Assembly: GCA_010356995.1 (NCBI GenBank)
Contig: ML996688.1
Coordinates: 1,364,001-1,396,349 of the forward strand
Reading direction: 5' to 3'
Source of the DNA: Trichodelitschia bisporula
Taxonomy: Eukaryota
DNA: 32,349 nucleotides
Positions 10,326-22,446 of this stretch are shown here, piece by piece. A program made the position numbers and the translations under genes. The stretch's first letter is position 1. Every line of letters begins with the position of its first letter. The notes beneath the pieces are model-generated. The model ran no database searches and was not told where the DNA came from. It saw nothing but the letters and a program-made list of their open reading frames with translations.

Positions 10326-13300
10326 ATGGCCGCCAATCTTCCCCTCTCCCTTCCTGATCCTCCCGGATCTTCGCACTTGTTGAGCGTGCGTTCTGCGTCC
10401 GGCGTCGCTCCCTTCTCATCATCATCATATACTAGTCGATTTTCGCCACACGTCTGGACCACCACCGCTCCTGCCGCTCCCAAGTACTACCTCAACTTGC
10501 TTCTCAACGCATACCCCATTATCTTGCTTTGTTTCTTTCTCTTCGCCTTTACGGCACGCGGAATAAGTGCCGCCACTAATAGTAATCCTAATGATGACAA
10601 GCGCGAGGTCCTCTACGGCCCCGGAGGCAAGCCATTGCCAGCCCGCACCAAGTCCTTCCGCCAGAACGAGCCGGTCCGTGAAGAGTTCCCGAGATCGAGG
10701 AAGCTGGTCATTCAGTGGTTGTCGGTTCTTGTCTGTTTCACTTTTGTGGCTAACGCCATAAACGTCATCGCCCACGCCCTGTACAACCGAAAGGAGGGTT
10801 GGTGGTGCGGCCAATCAACAGTGGTATGTTGTGTTTCATTCCCCGGCGCGGAAATGCTTCCGGGTCAACAATCACTGGAGAAAACCATACTGACTCTTGG
10901 TTCCTGCGCGCGTTTAGGTCTTCATCGTCGGTTCCTTCTTCGTCTACTCCTTATTGCTCATTTCGCTCGTCGACACAGTGCCATCTCCAACATGGGTTCA
11001 TCTCGTGACATGGGCCATCGCCGTCCTCCTGGAACTCGTGCTGTTGTCGGCCTACATCACTGTCTGGGGGAAGAATGGCATGGACCAGTGGCACTCAATC
11101 GAGGCCGGTGTAATCACCACTCGCATAGTACTGCTGCTAGCGCTTGCAGGATTTTTTTTGCTGTTCCAGGCTCTGCAGACGCGCGCGGAGCGGCAGCCAA
11201 GCGACAATGTCTCCGAATCAACCTCGCTTCTGGGCTCCGGTGGACTTGCCAATGGCAATGGCAACGGCAATGGCCATGCCTATGGCGCCACAAATGCACC
11301 ATCCCGGTCGCCAGAAAACGAACCCGGGTGGGTACGGCCCATGACCGCGCCATCTCGAAGCTGGTGGGAGTACATCAAGGGATATTCCGTCTTTTTCCCA
11401 TACCTGTGGCCCTCCAAGGACAAGAAGCTCCAGCTTATGGTCCTGATTTGCCTCTTTCTGGTTATCCTGCAGCGGGGAATCAATGTCCTTGTCCCGTACC
11501 AAGTCGCAATCATCACCGATGCCCTTTCCGGCGACGACGGGCCCAGGCAGATGCCGTGGGGTCCGATATGCATGTACATTGCTTTCCGTGTTCTCCAGGG
11601 CGGGAACGGTCTATTGGGAGCCTTGCGTTCGCTACTTTGGATCCCCGTCAGCCAGTATTCGTATCGTGAGCTTTCGGTCGCATCGTTTGAGCATGTGCAC
11701 AGTCTTAGCTTGGACTTCCACCTTGGAAAGAAGACTGGCGAAGTGCTGTCTGCTCTCGGAAAAGGCTCTTCCATCAACACCTTTCTCGAGCAGGTGACAT
11801 TCCAGGTCATTCCCATGATTGTGGACCTCGGCGTCGCTATCGCATACTTCTTGATTGTCTTCGACGCGTACTATGCCCTTGTCATTACAGTAATCACCTT
11901 TTGGTATGTGTACTTGACCATCCGTATGGCCCAGTGGCGCGCAGAAATCCGCCGTGAAATGGTCAATGCAGACAGAGAGCAAGACGCTGTCAAGTAAGTT
12001 TAGGCTCACACATGCAGGGCTACATGCTGATACTGTCAGGAATGACTCGATGGTGTCCTATGAGACTGTCAAGTACTTCAATGCGGAAGCCTTTGAGTTC
12101 AATCGCTACCGCGACTCCGTCAACAAGTACCAGGGGGCCGAATACAAGGTCATGTTCTCACTGCAGCTGATGAACGTGACTCAGAACTTGGTCTTCATGC
12201 TTGGTCTCATGGTTGCGTGCTTCATCGCCGCTTACCAGGTCACCATCGATGAAATCAAGGTCGGAAAGTTCGTGTCGCTGTTGACTTACATGGCACAGCT
12301 GCAGGGTCCCTTGAATTACTTTGGCACGTTCTATCGGATGATCCAGTCGGCCATGATCAATTCGGAACGCATGCTAGAGCTGTTCAAAGAGCAGCCCACC
12401 GTCGTGGACAGGCCGGGCAGCAAAACCTTGGAGAAGTGCCGAGGGGACATTCGTTTCAAGAATGTCCAGTTTGCATACGACATGCGGAAGACCGCACTTC
12501 ACGGCCTTGATTTCCACTGCAAGCCCGGGACCACGACAGCATTTGTTGGTGAATCTGGTGGTGGAAAATCTACCGTTTTCCGCCTCCTTTTCCGCTTTTA
12601 CAATGTCCTAGGCGGCAGCATCGAGGTGGACGATCACAACGTTGAAGACGTGACCATTGAATCCTTGCGTCGCCATATTGGCGTTGTCCCGCAGGACACC
12701 GTCCTTTTCAATGAGACCATCATGTACAATCTGCGCTACGCCAAACCGGACGCCACTGATGAGGAAGTCTACGAGGCTTGCCGCGCTGCGAGCATCCATG
12801 ACAAGATCCTCATGTTCCCCGATGGCTACCTGACCAAAGTTGGCGAGCGAGGCCTGCGCCTTTCTGGAGGTGAGAAGCAGCGCGTCGCCATTGCACGCAC
12901 GATCCTCAAGGGGCCCCCGATCATCATGCTCGACGAAGCGACGGCAGCCCTTGATTCGGAGACGGAACAACACATCCAGGATGCTCTCAGGACGCTTGGA
13001 CAGGGACGCACGATGCTCGTCATTGCGCATCGTCTCAGCACTATCACACTGGCCGATCAGATTTTGGTGTTGCACGAGGGGCAGGTTGCTGAAGCTGGCA
13101 CACACGAGGAGCTGTTGGCGCTCAATGGCCGTTATGCTACCATGTGGCGTCGGCAAGCAAGAGTTTCCAAAGCATTGGAGCAGGCGAAGAGGCTAAGCGA
13201 TAAAGTCGATCGCTTGAGACGAGAGTCGAAGGATACGAATAGCGACGGCGAGGTGTCGACGGAGAGCTCCAGCTCCAGCTCTGCAACGAGCGAAACCGAG

Positions 13301-13351
13301 GAAGATACGAAGAGAAAGAAGCGAGAAGCCTCTCGGACCGGAGAACCCTGA
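10326..13351 (+). CDS. HMT1: HMT1/ABCB6-type vacuolar ABC half-transporter (heavy metal tolerance protein), ~961 aa; exons 10326-10823, 10918-11993, 12040-13351
   Basis: N-terminal membrane extension, then the TMD (FFPYLWPSK, LWIPVSQYSYR..FEHVHSLSLDFHLGKKTGEV, DSMVSYETVKYFNAE, QLQGPLNYFGTFYR). The NBD has Walker A GESGGGKST, Q-loop VPQD, signature LSGGEKQR, Walker B IMLDEAT and H-loop AHRLST. Introns 10824-10917 (GTATGT..TACTGAC..TAG) and 11994-12039 (GTAAGT..GCTGAT..CAG) restore the frame. Confidence 0.92.
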
Positions 13352-16300
13352 CCTGCTCTCTTCGCTTTTTGTCGTCCACTATTTCGGTTGTGCAAGCAGT
13401 TTCCTCAGTTTCCTTGCAGAGTTGCCCAAGGTCGTGAATCGAGGGCTTCCCGATAGCACAGCACGCCTCCTGTTGCTGATTTTTAACGAAAAGTTTATAA
13501 TGTATCGACGACCGGAAATGGTTCATGTCACAGGTAGCATACGGTATTGACCGCCAGGCCTCAGACGCTCTGGCAAGTATTATTTTGGCTCGGATCCCCC
13601 GGCGCAAATCCGGATGTTCTCGGAACCTCATTCATGCGCGGGAGCGGACGACATGCATCACCAGGCAAGCCATCACTACATGCGCGCTCATTGTCACCAT
13701 CCCCCGGTTGCTGCACGCGAATGGCGACTGCATTCTCGTTTCACTAACGTCAGGCAGCAGTCAACCTAGACATGCCTGGCTGGACGGGCCACTTTGAATG
13801 GGGCTGGGAACTGTCAAGAGACGCCGGGCGCGACTGATCCGAGTGGCGCACTAGGGAGGCATTCTGTTGTCGACCTTTGTTTGCATGTACGATGTACCAC
13901 CTCTAACATTTTCTTCGCAGCCCACTCGTCCCTGGCAAGTCCGCGCCTGGTCACTGCAGGTGGGTGGTCTACAGCCTTGCCCCGCGGCCTCTCCATGTGA
14001 GGCGAATCTGCAATTGCGGCTACTCTTCACCCGGCGTGGCACCAGGACATCCCGCAAGTGGCATGCGAGCAAAAAATAATATAAAGAGTTGAAACCCGCC
14101 GGCTATCTTCGGAAAGTGACTGCCTTTGCATGCGCGTCCTTCTCTTGTTGGTTCTCCTCGCCTTGTCAACCGTCGCACACACCGTGGCTCGTGACCGTGT
14201 CAGGGCTCAGTCCCACCCCGGATTTTCTCGCCCGAGCAGGCTGCCGTAAGCGCGATCGGGGAACCGGGATGCGACTAAAGCCGAGCGCGATTTGTCCAGA
14301 CCGTGGCAACCGACGGTGATCTCCCGGACGCGATGCGGGGGTGGCAGACCTGCCGACAGGGAAACGGAGAGTGTTGGGATAAATCAGAGGCAAGGATTTG
14401 CATTGCCAATTTTCGCGATGGACGGCATCTGCGCGGTCCGGTCATACCCCAGTCGGGCGCTTCGGCTGGATTTCACCGCCCAACGGTGAAGCTAGCCTTG
14501 CTCGGGCGTCGATGCGGGACAGTCGGATCTGTTTGCGGAGTCGGCCACAAACATGAGACTCGAAAGACCCATTTCCATTCCGTGCCACCGAGACTTGCAC
14601 GATTGTCACGGGCGTCAGTGCACCTGCCTAATGGAGCTGGAATCGCGTACGAGGGGTGTTTGACTCAATCGTAAACCAACTCTATGCGCACGTAATCGCT
14701 TTCTTGATCGGCATCTTTGTCTTGCATGTCGAAATCTGCGAAATGGCTTCCCAGGGCTGCTCGGTGATGCCCTGATACTTACCCACTGGGTCGCCATACG
14801 TTGGAGTTGAGTGGCAGAGCATGGTACTCTTGGGATTGAAAAAGTATTGTGGGTGTGCTGTGAATACTTAATAAGTTTATTCGGACGTTTGACGGAGCCA
14901 ACTCACGAGCATTTAGAAGCGAACCTCCACAAGTGAGGTGGTATCTCTTGCTCAACATCCTCATCTCATGGGTTCTGTCGTCGCGCAATTTGTTGTGCCC
15001 GCACCCGAAATTTTCAGCAAAGTCGCCTGGGTGCCGCGTTCCAGAATAGCTGGAAGGTACGCGATAACGGTGATGATATGCACAGTCTCGTTGCAGCCGC
15101 TGTAGTTGACAAGGTCGGCTATCATGGAGACGACATCATCGGTCCTAATGTAAAAGCCTCTCGGAAACGGGCTCTCCAGAGACGAGAAGTGCAATGGCCA
15201 ATCACTGTCGTTCCCAGTCCTCTGAAAACGAGCCTCTACTATGGACCCCACGGCGCTCTCCTGCTGCATTGCCGGTCAACGCATCGTGGTGTCACTCATG
15301 TCATACAGCGTGCCTACCGCCTCCGGCTTCTTGGATGTATCCTACTTGAGGGTGTGCTGGTCATACATGCCGCTCTCTCTACTGTCGCCTTGGTGTCGTT
15401 GTTGGGGTACTCCAGCATTGTTCGCATAACCAGCACGGTACAGTCCTCGTACAGCCCATCGGTGCTGAACAATATCAGGCATGGCTGTCCATTGGGATCC
15501 ACCCTGCCTATCCCAACATTGGGTTCATGTGTTTCCTGCATGGTACACGACTGTTAGCACGGCAGTGATGCGGTGAACCCCAGTGATTGCAACTGCGGGA
15601 ATTGATACCGACCAAGGCAATAGTCCCGATGCGGCTCTGCGCTCAGATGGAGCCTTTACCGACAACAGACGGCAACTTCCGCATACCAAACGGTCTCGTG
15701 AAAATGCTATGGTCGGCAGTTAATGGGACAGGCGCCAGGCTGTCTACCAGCAGAAGAACCAGGACTAGAAGTCCCAGCTGCCTCATCTTCCAGGAGATGA
15801 ATGGACCCGGAACAGGAATCTTGAGTTGAAACTGGCTCCAGGATTGTGGTCCGTATTGTAGGCATTTCCATTTCGAGAAGTAACCCTTCCTAAAGAGATA
15901 GTTAATGGAATGTATGCCGTTGATTAATCCATCGGGCTCTGTCTGAAGTTCGAGTCTTGTGCGTGGAAGGGCAACATGGAATGACCTTGACCTTGACGCT
16001 GAATTATGAGGCTGCGCCTTGCCCAGCCTACGGAGCAAAAAAACAGCACTCGGATGGAGACGCTTTCTACGATGAGGCTGGAGGGGGAGCTCTAGCATCC
16101 AGATAATGATCACGTGTTATAGGTGGGGTCATTGTTGTTGCCTCTTTTGTCTGAGATTAGCCGCAACGTCTCATGAACATTCTGATGACTTCGTCATGAT
16201 ACTTACAATGCTGCGATCAACTGTATCTCCACCGTATATGCGCCTCCTTTCACTTAGCTCTCCATAGTCGGAGGGTGCTCATGTCAGATCTCAGCCTTCC

Positions 16301-16612
16301 CAGGTGTGACCCAGAGAGAACCACTCGCCTCAAGTCCACTTCCCGGGCTGCCACGTATTCCACACTGATATGTGTATAGTGACGCCTTCAGAATCGAGTC
16401 CGCATATCGGTAACGCTGGAGAAGTCCGGTCGTGTCCTTTGGTCACCATACAGCACTTCAGTAACGCGCTTTAAAACCAATACATGATGCAATTACGACA
16501 GAACGCCTGACTCAGTACACCAAGCCAAAACTGTAAAGTACAAACACCAGCAAGATTCCCCAACGCCTCCCAGTACGCCTTTGGAGCAGCCACTTTTACG
16601 TTTGACCAGTCG

Positions 16613-17576
16613 TCATGGGGAGTTCGACGACGATGACAGCCTCGAGGAGTACTGTGCTAGCCACTGCAGGGACGGCAAGCTAGCTTGAGAGTCGGGAGGC
16701 CTCGGTGAGAACCCCTGAGCCGGAGGTTCTACGGGACGGGGCGCGGCATATGGCGACCCCTCGGAGCCCTCTGAAAGGACCACCGTTGCCTCCCATCTTT
16801 CATGGGGTGTTCTTCTCTGTTCCTCAGTATGACTATTCCGTATGGGCGTAAGCTGATGATCCAGGAAATGCCCGCTCATCGGGGTCAGCGGACCCATAGG
16901 CGCCGTAGTCGGTGGACTTCGCGGGGGGATCGATGGCGAAGGATAGTGAGAGTTGGCCGGGGACGAGTGTGAAGAGTAGGGAAGCTCCGGTGCATCCGAG
17001 GGGCGCGGCGACGCCAAAATGTGCATGAGCATATGCTCATGCGCGCTCCGTCGTTGTGCCGACGGTAGTGGACGAGGGCTCGAATGGCTCGAGGAAGCGG
17101 GAGTAGCCGCGTTCGCGCTGAGGCGCCGTTCAAACTCGGTAAATTTGCCGGTATCAAAAGTGAGCTTCTTGTCGAGAAGCCATTCGAAGTCCTTCAAAGC
17201 GTTATGGGGCGAAGCTGACCTTTGCGAGTGATTAGTCTTCGGTCAAACGATAGGCAAACACAAAACAAACTCACACATTGTTGGGTGCCCTTCGCATTCC
17301 AACCTGCCATTCAAGTCGCTCGATGGCAGCATTCAACTCGTAAAAGGTACTACGAGTGGAGGTGCAGAGCTCCCCGCCATCCTCCTCCACCGTCTCGAGG
17401 ATATTCCGCCGGATTCCAACCAGCTCGCCCCACGCGTCCAGCTTCTCAACTTGAGCTCGCAGCGGCTCGACGTTGCCGTTGCGCCCCTCGAAGTAGACGA
17501 CGACGCGGCGAAGCCGACCGTCTATCTGACGGAACATGTCGGCGAGTGTCGGTGGAGCATTGCGATCGGCGGGCAT
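16613..17576 (-). CDS. Hypothetical protein, ~302 aa; exons 17576-17275 and 17219-16613; helical N-terminal part and Pro/Ser-rich disordered tail
   Basis: Two protein-like ORFs are joined in frame by the 55-nt intron 17274-17220 (GTGAGT donor, ACTAAT branch, AAG acceptor, phase 2): MPADRNAPPTLADMFRQIDGRLRRVVVYFEG...LEWQVGMRRAPNNV|SASPHNALKDFEWLLDKKLTFDTGKFTEFERRL... I do not recognise a family. Confidence 0.72.
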
Positions 17577-18510
17577 AGCTAGGACTTGCACGGCCTCTAA
17601 GCAGCAACTCGTGGAGGGGAATTCGACGTAAATATATGCCGGGGGGAGGCACTACATGGCACTTTGGTGGTGAGGTGCCAGAGGGTGGGGTACGGGAGTG
17701 GATGTAGGAAGGGACGACGGAGAAGCAGCCGCATGGCCCTCTCCCCCCATCTCGTCGTTGAAGGGGGACGGTTTGAATAGCACACGTCGGTAGACTACCA
17801 GGACCCGAAAGTCTGGCACCAGTGGTACAGGAGATACATATTTCACCGCAGGAAGCGAGGCCCTGGGTGCCGGGCGCTGCGGGTGCGCGAGGAAAAGAGT
17901 TGAGTGGGCTGGCGGCGGGGCGCAACGCCGTAGTTGGCACACATCGTTTTTCGGTTTCTAGTTTCCTTTTTTCTCCTTCGCCTCTCACTTTCCACTCATC
18001 GCTCACTTTTATTTTGGCACCGAGTTGATGGGGTTGCTTTCATGTGTCTACACTTTTTTTCCCTAAGAAAGTTACTAGTGGTACGTCTTTTCCATTTGCA
18101 GCTGCGGGGTGGCGGGGGAGGCGAGGTGGAGGGGGTAGGCCTGTGGAAGGTGGATCGTGCGGGAGGGTTTGCTGGCAGTAGTAGGGGAAGGCGTATGTTG
18201 CTAGGCATGGGCCGGGGTAGAAGAGGAAAGAGTGGATAGGTAGAGAGAATTGGCGTCAGTAGGAAGAGAGAAGACGGTTTAGTTGGCACGGGATCTCGCG
18301 TGCGTTATCGTGTCAAAGTCGGCGCGCTTAAGGCAGTGAATGGGACGTCTTCCGTTGAAAGACTTTGTCCGTAAGGTGGGGGAAGAAGAGCTGGATAGGT
18401 GGTGCATGCGGTAAGTGGTGAACCGAGTATGCGGATTGGCATCTCGTTCGCTGAAGTCAAGAGCGGTGTTGAGCCTTGCTCTTGAAGTTTTAACATTGTA
18501 GAGGGAGAAA

Positions 18511-18540
18511 GAGAGAGAGAGAGAGAAAGTGTGTGTGTGT
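18511..18540. repeat. Compound microsatellite (GA)8-AA-(GT)6
   Basis: gagagagagagagagaaagtgtgtgtgtgt read directly from the sequence. Confidence 0.9.
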
Positions 18541-19712
18541 ATGGGTGCGGGTGGTGCGCGTGAAGCAGAGAAAGACGACAGCAGATAGCGGATCTGCGGG
18601 ATGGCTCACCCGCGTTGGACCTGTTGGGCGCGCGACTAGCGTTGGCTTTGGCGCCTGGCGCTCTTCGCTTCTGTCGTCTCTCTTCCCTCAAACGTACCTT
18701 CATACGTGCGTTGTGCATGTTGAGGCAAAGGGACCCAAGCGCCCGAGCCTTCTCCTCTGACCTTATTTTTGCATCACCCCGCTGCCAGCCTGTCACTTGC
18801 CGCTTCGTCAGTCTTGGATGGCGTGGATCTCAATATCTGAACTCCCCCACGTCCCTGTCCGCCGTAGAAACAAGCCTCGTTAGTGTCGCTAGATAACTGG
18901 GCACATTGCCGGTATGCGTGAGCAGAAGGCGGCATATCATTCCGGGGTGGGAGAGGATGGGATTGAGTGCGAAGTGGAGATGGGAGAAGTAAAAAAAAAT
19001 GTGATGTATCACAAAAACGCTCCACAGCACCCACATCACTTGCTGCCCCACGACCACTACTATACGTCCCATCACCTCCCACCGCACCTTCTAACGCGGC
19101 TTCCTCCGCATGAAGAGTTGAAACGGCGAGCGATTTGATGGTCTAGTCCTTTCATCCTCGCCGCCTTCGACTTACCTTCTGGAATACGTACCGTATGTTC
19201 TTGACAATATGTTGAAGGTGGCTATTCATGGATGTACAGATATCCCAGCCAGCTTGCTATGTGCTGGACAATTGAACAAGTACTGGGGAAGTCATTTGGC
19301 TTTTTACATCTGAAGTACGGCTTTCGGGCATCAATACTCGCGGCTTAACGCTTTCCTCGTTACCATGTCTGCGTGCCCCTTCTTCAACTACCTCGTACCC
19401 ACGTCCATGACGTCGCTTGTCTCCAGCCTTGCAGCATCTGATGCACTTCTGCACCACTCACCAGTCACAACCCACTGCAGATTTTTTTCGGGAGGCCACC
19501 GTTTACCCCACCTTGTCATTCCGGGTAGGTCTTGCTAGACGCACTAGTCTACTGTAGGATATCTCTCCCGTCTGTATACCGGTATGTCTGCCTCTCATCT
19601 ACGGCCAAGCCACCGTGACGGAGACACTCCGCATCTAAAGAGGGAGAAGGCGCCATCCCCCGCCAGCCGAGGCCAGACCAACGGCAGCACGGAGCACCTC
19701 CACACTCCACCG

Positions 19713-19758
19713 GCCGCGTCCCGCATCCCGCATCGCATCCCGCATTCCGCATTCCGCA
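19713..19758. repeat. Imperfect 7-bp tandem repeat (CCGCATY), about 6 units
   Basis: ccgcgtc ccgcatc ccgcatc gcatc ccgcatt ccgcatt ccgca read directly from the sequence. Confidence 0.8.
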
Positions 19759-22446
19759 ACACCCTGCACAGCGCTGCGGCTAGGTGTCTCAGTAACAGGA
19801 CCATCCCCCAAGAAAGAGGTGCTTGTTGGTTGGTTGCTTGCTGGCCGATGGCTGGCTGGCTCGCTGGCTGGTGGTCGCCCCGCTGGCCGCCGCTGCCACG
19901 CAAGTGTTCCTCCTCCAACCCTACATCCCGCCCGTTTCGGGCCGGCGGCGGGCCCTGCATATCTTCCTGGGGCACGCCCCGATTCCTCCACCCCCGCCTC
20001 ACCTCCACCCCCACCCCTGAAACCTTGGTCTGCTTCGCCAGTAGGATTAACTCCTCACCTCCGACGATCGAGATCGTGCAACCCAGGAACAAGCCTTGAG
20101 AATGATGTATGGAACTTGCCATACTACTATGACCCACCACTCGCATGCTTCCTGTACCATTTTCAATTCTCCGTGATTTCTCTCTGCACCAGCAGTGGAT
20201 GTCATACTCTAGCCAGAGGGACCAAGGACTCACCGCAACCAACGTCTGCCGGCAACAGCCTGACGCTGGACAATGCCCACCGCATTGCGTTGTTGGATTC
20301 CCGCCGGACTGGTTCCCGTCTCCGCCTGCCACCTGGTGCCACGAAAACGCCCGCTACAAGGAGCTGCTCATGGGAAGCTCACGGTTACCTGGAGGAGCAG
20401 GAATTGCGGACATTTGATTGGGTTCCGTCTCTGCTGGCTTTTCGTTCGTTTGACTTTACGAATGTTCGAGGCCGATTGGCTTAACGGCCCAGAAGGATCA
20501 CCGCTTTCCATGCGGCGAACGTCTTCTCCGCTTTCTCTCATGCTGCGAGTAAACCTTCAGGCTATCCGCCGTTAATTCGGGACACCGGAATACACCCAGA
20601 GGGACCCTTCGGATGCGAAACCTGGAACACAACTTTTGATCTGCCTTCAGCAAAGCGGCGTGGGAATCTGGGCTGCGCCTTGGTTCGAAGCTGTACTGCT
20701 CCAAGATCGTCAGGCGAAGTGTACCCCCGTAACTCCATCAGTGCGATCGGTCTTCAGCCACGGGGAATGAAGATGCGCCAGTGATGCCAAGCCATCGACT
20801 AGGCCAACACATTGAACAGATACGAGTACCGTACCGCAGAGCAACTTGTCCCTCCAGGCGAGATCTGCTCATTTGGTAAATGTATGTTCCTCTTAGGGCG
20901 CCCGGCACATTAACAATTACGCCTTGATAATATGGTGACTCTACCTTCTTCACCTCTTCGAGAGTCTCGGCTGATGCTTGTCCAGCGTCCTCCCCGCCAC
21001 GGCTTGGATGGAACATGCATCGAATAGCCCACGCATTCGCCTAATGGCAATCATTAGGTCAAGGCAGTTACGTATCACGTCTGCAATTCTTACGCGCTAT
21101 CACGCCCGGTGGCTGTAATTGCGGCAGAGGCGTTCCTTGCAGCATGATGCATCGGATGCCTTCCGGCGTCCCGCGCCCTCTGGATCTCTTGTTCTTTGGC
21201 CAGAATTCCATATATCGACCGGGATCAGTTCCGAGTCAAAATATTCTCACTGCGGCATTGTTCAACCACCATTCGCATGGAGATTCTGCGGCTGGTCTTT
21301 CCGATGACTCTGCGTGGACCAATGAAAGTCTCCCCATGGCCGTTCATTGGGCCACGGAGTGAACTTGACGGCGAGGCTTCCGAAATCACATCTGCTACTG
21401 TATACAGGATCCACATACCATTGCCTCAGCTTTCGCTCTTCAGCTTTCATCGCTAGCCACGGAGGCCGTCACTTGTGCATCCATGAGACTCGGTCCCCCA
21501 TCGAAGTCTTGCTATCTCAGCCCATTGCATTGGAGCCAGCTGTTCAATTGATCGAGCCGACGTGGCAGCATCCACGAGCTTCAGCTCACGGATCTCCAGG
21601 GGTTAGAGAGGAGGACTAGTGCTGGCCCATGGCAGCTCGATTCTCCTCTACGCTTGCTTCTGTAACCCTGATCTCGCTGTCTACTGTGGTGACTTTTGGA
21701 CAATGGCCTCCTGCGGCGTTCTTACCGTGCGTTGCACCGCATGGTGCATTGCAGCAATCCCGATACCATGGTTCCAGCGGCTATTGTCAACTTCGCGGGC
21801 CCGGACCGAAGCCGCTTGGACAACAGCGGAAGAGGCTGCATTTGAGCATGCACAAGCAAGTGGACAGCTGACCACAGTACATATGACTGCATATACTTCC
21901 GAAACAGTGTGTTCTTGGGGTGTGGGACGCAATGGAATTCCCGGGCCGCTTTCAATCTGAACGTGAACAGTTTGACATGCTGTCCGATACCGGTGGCGAG
22001 AGTGGTACGATTCGACAAGACTCTTGCTGTCTTGACACGCGTGCTCATGGGATATTGATGTTGGTCATCCCTTCTCATGTTTTGACGTCGTCACTCTCTT
22101 GCTCATATGTCTGACAATTGCCCTCTTCGTGTAAAGGCTCAAGGAGCCATCGACTTGTACAGATTTGGACGTATATTTCAAAGGTAGTAGAAGTGAGAAT
22201 CGTACTTGAAAGGACATCAACGCAATTGGGAGTGCGCTTTCCAAATGGAGCACAACGAAGGTCACGTGAACGGAGATACCAAAATTCGCCGAAGCACGAG
22301 CCACTAACACCGCTCGATCGCTGAGGTCATCATGGAACCTTCCATGAACTGTGGCTCAAACTTGACCTTTGACATCACCTCCCCCGCCATTCCTCATCTT
22401 CAACATCACCATCGACATCGCAAACCTCTGAACGACATCCTTCAAG

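Noticed and set aside
10824..11669. The 447-aa ORF 10326-11669 read as a complete protein
   Set aside because: It reads through intron 1 into the wrong frame; the spliced frame gives the conserved HMT1 sequence.
19595..20484. Long overlapping ORFs of 245, 221 and 171 aa
   Set aside because: They arise in GC-rich low-complexity repeats with few stop codons, and none has convincing coding features.
21111..21400. GGCTGTAAT resembling the 5' end of fungal SRP RNA
   Set aside because: No helix-8 motif or Pol III terminator follows.
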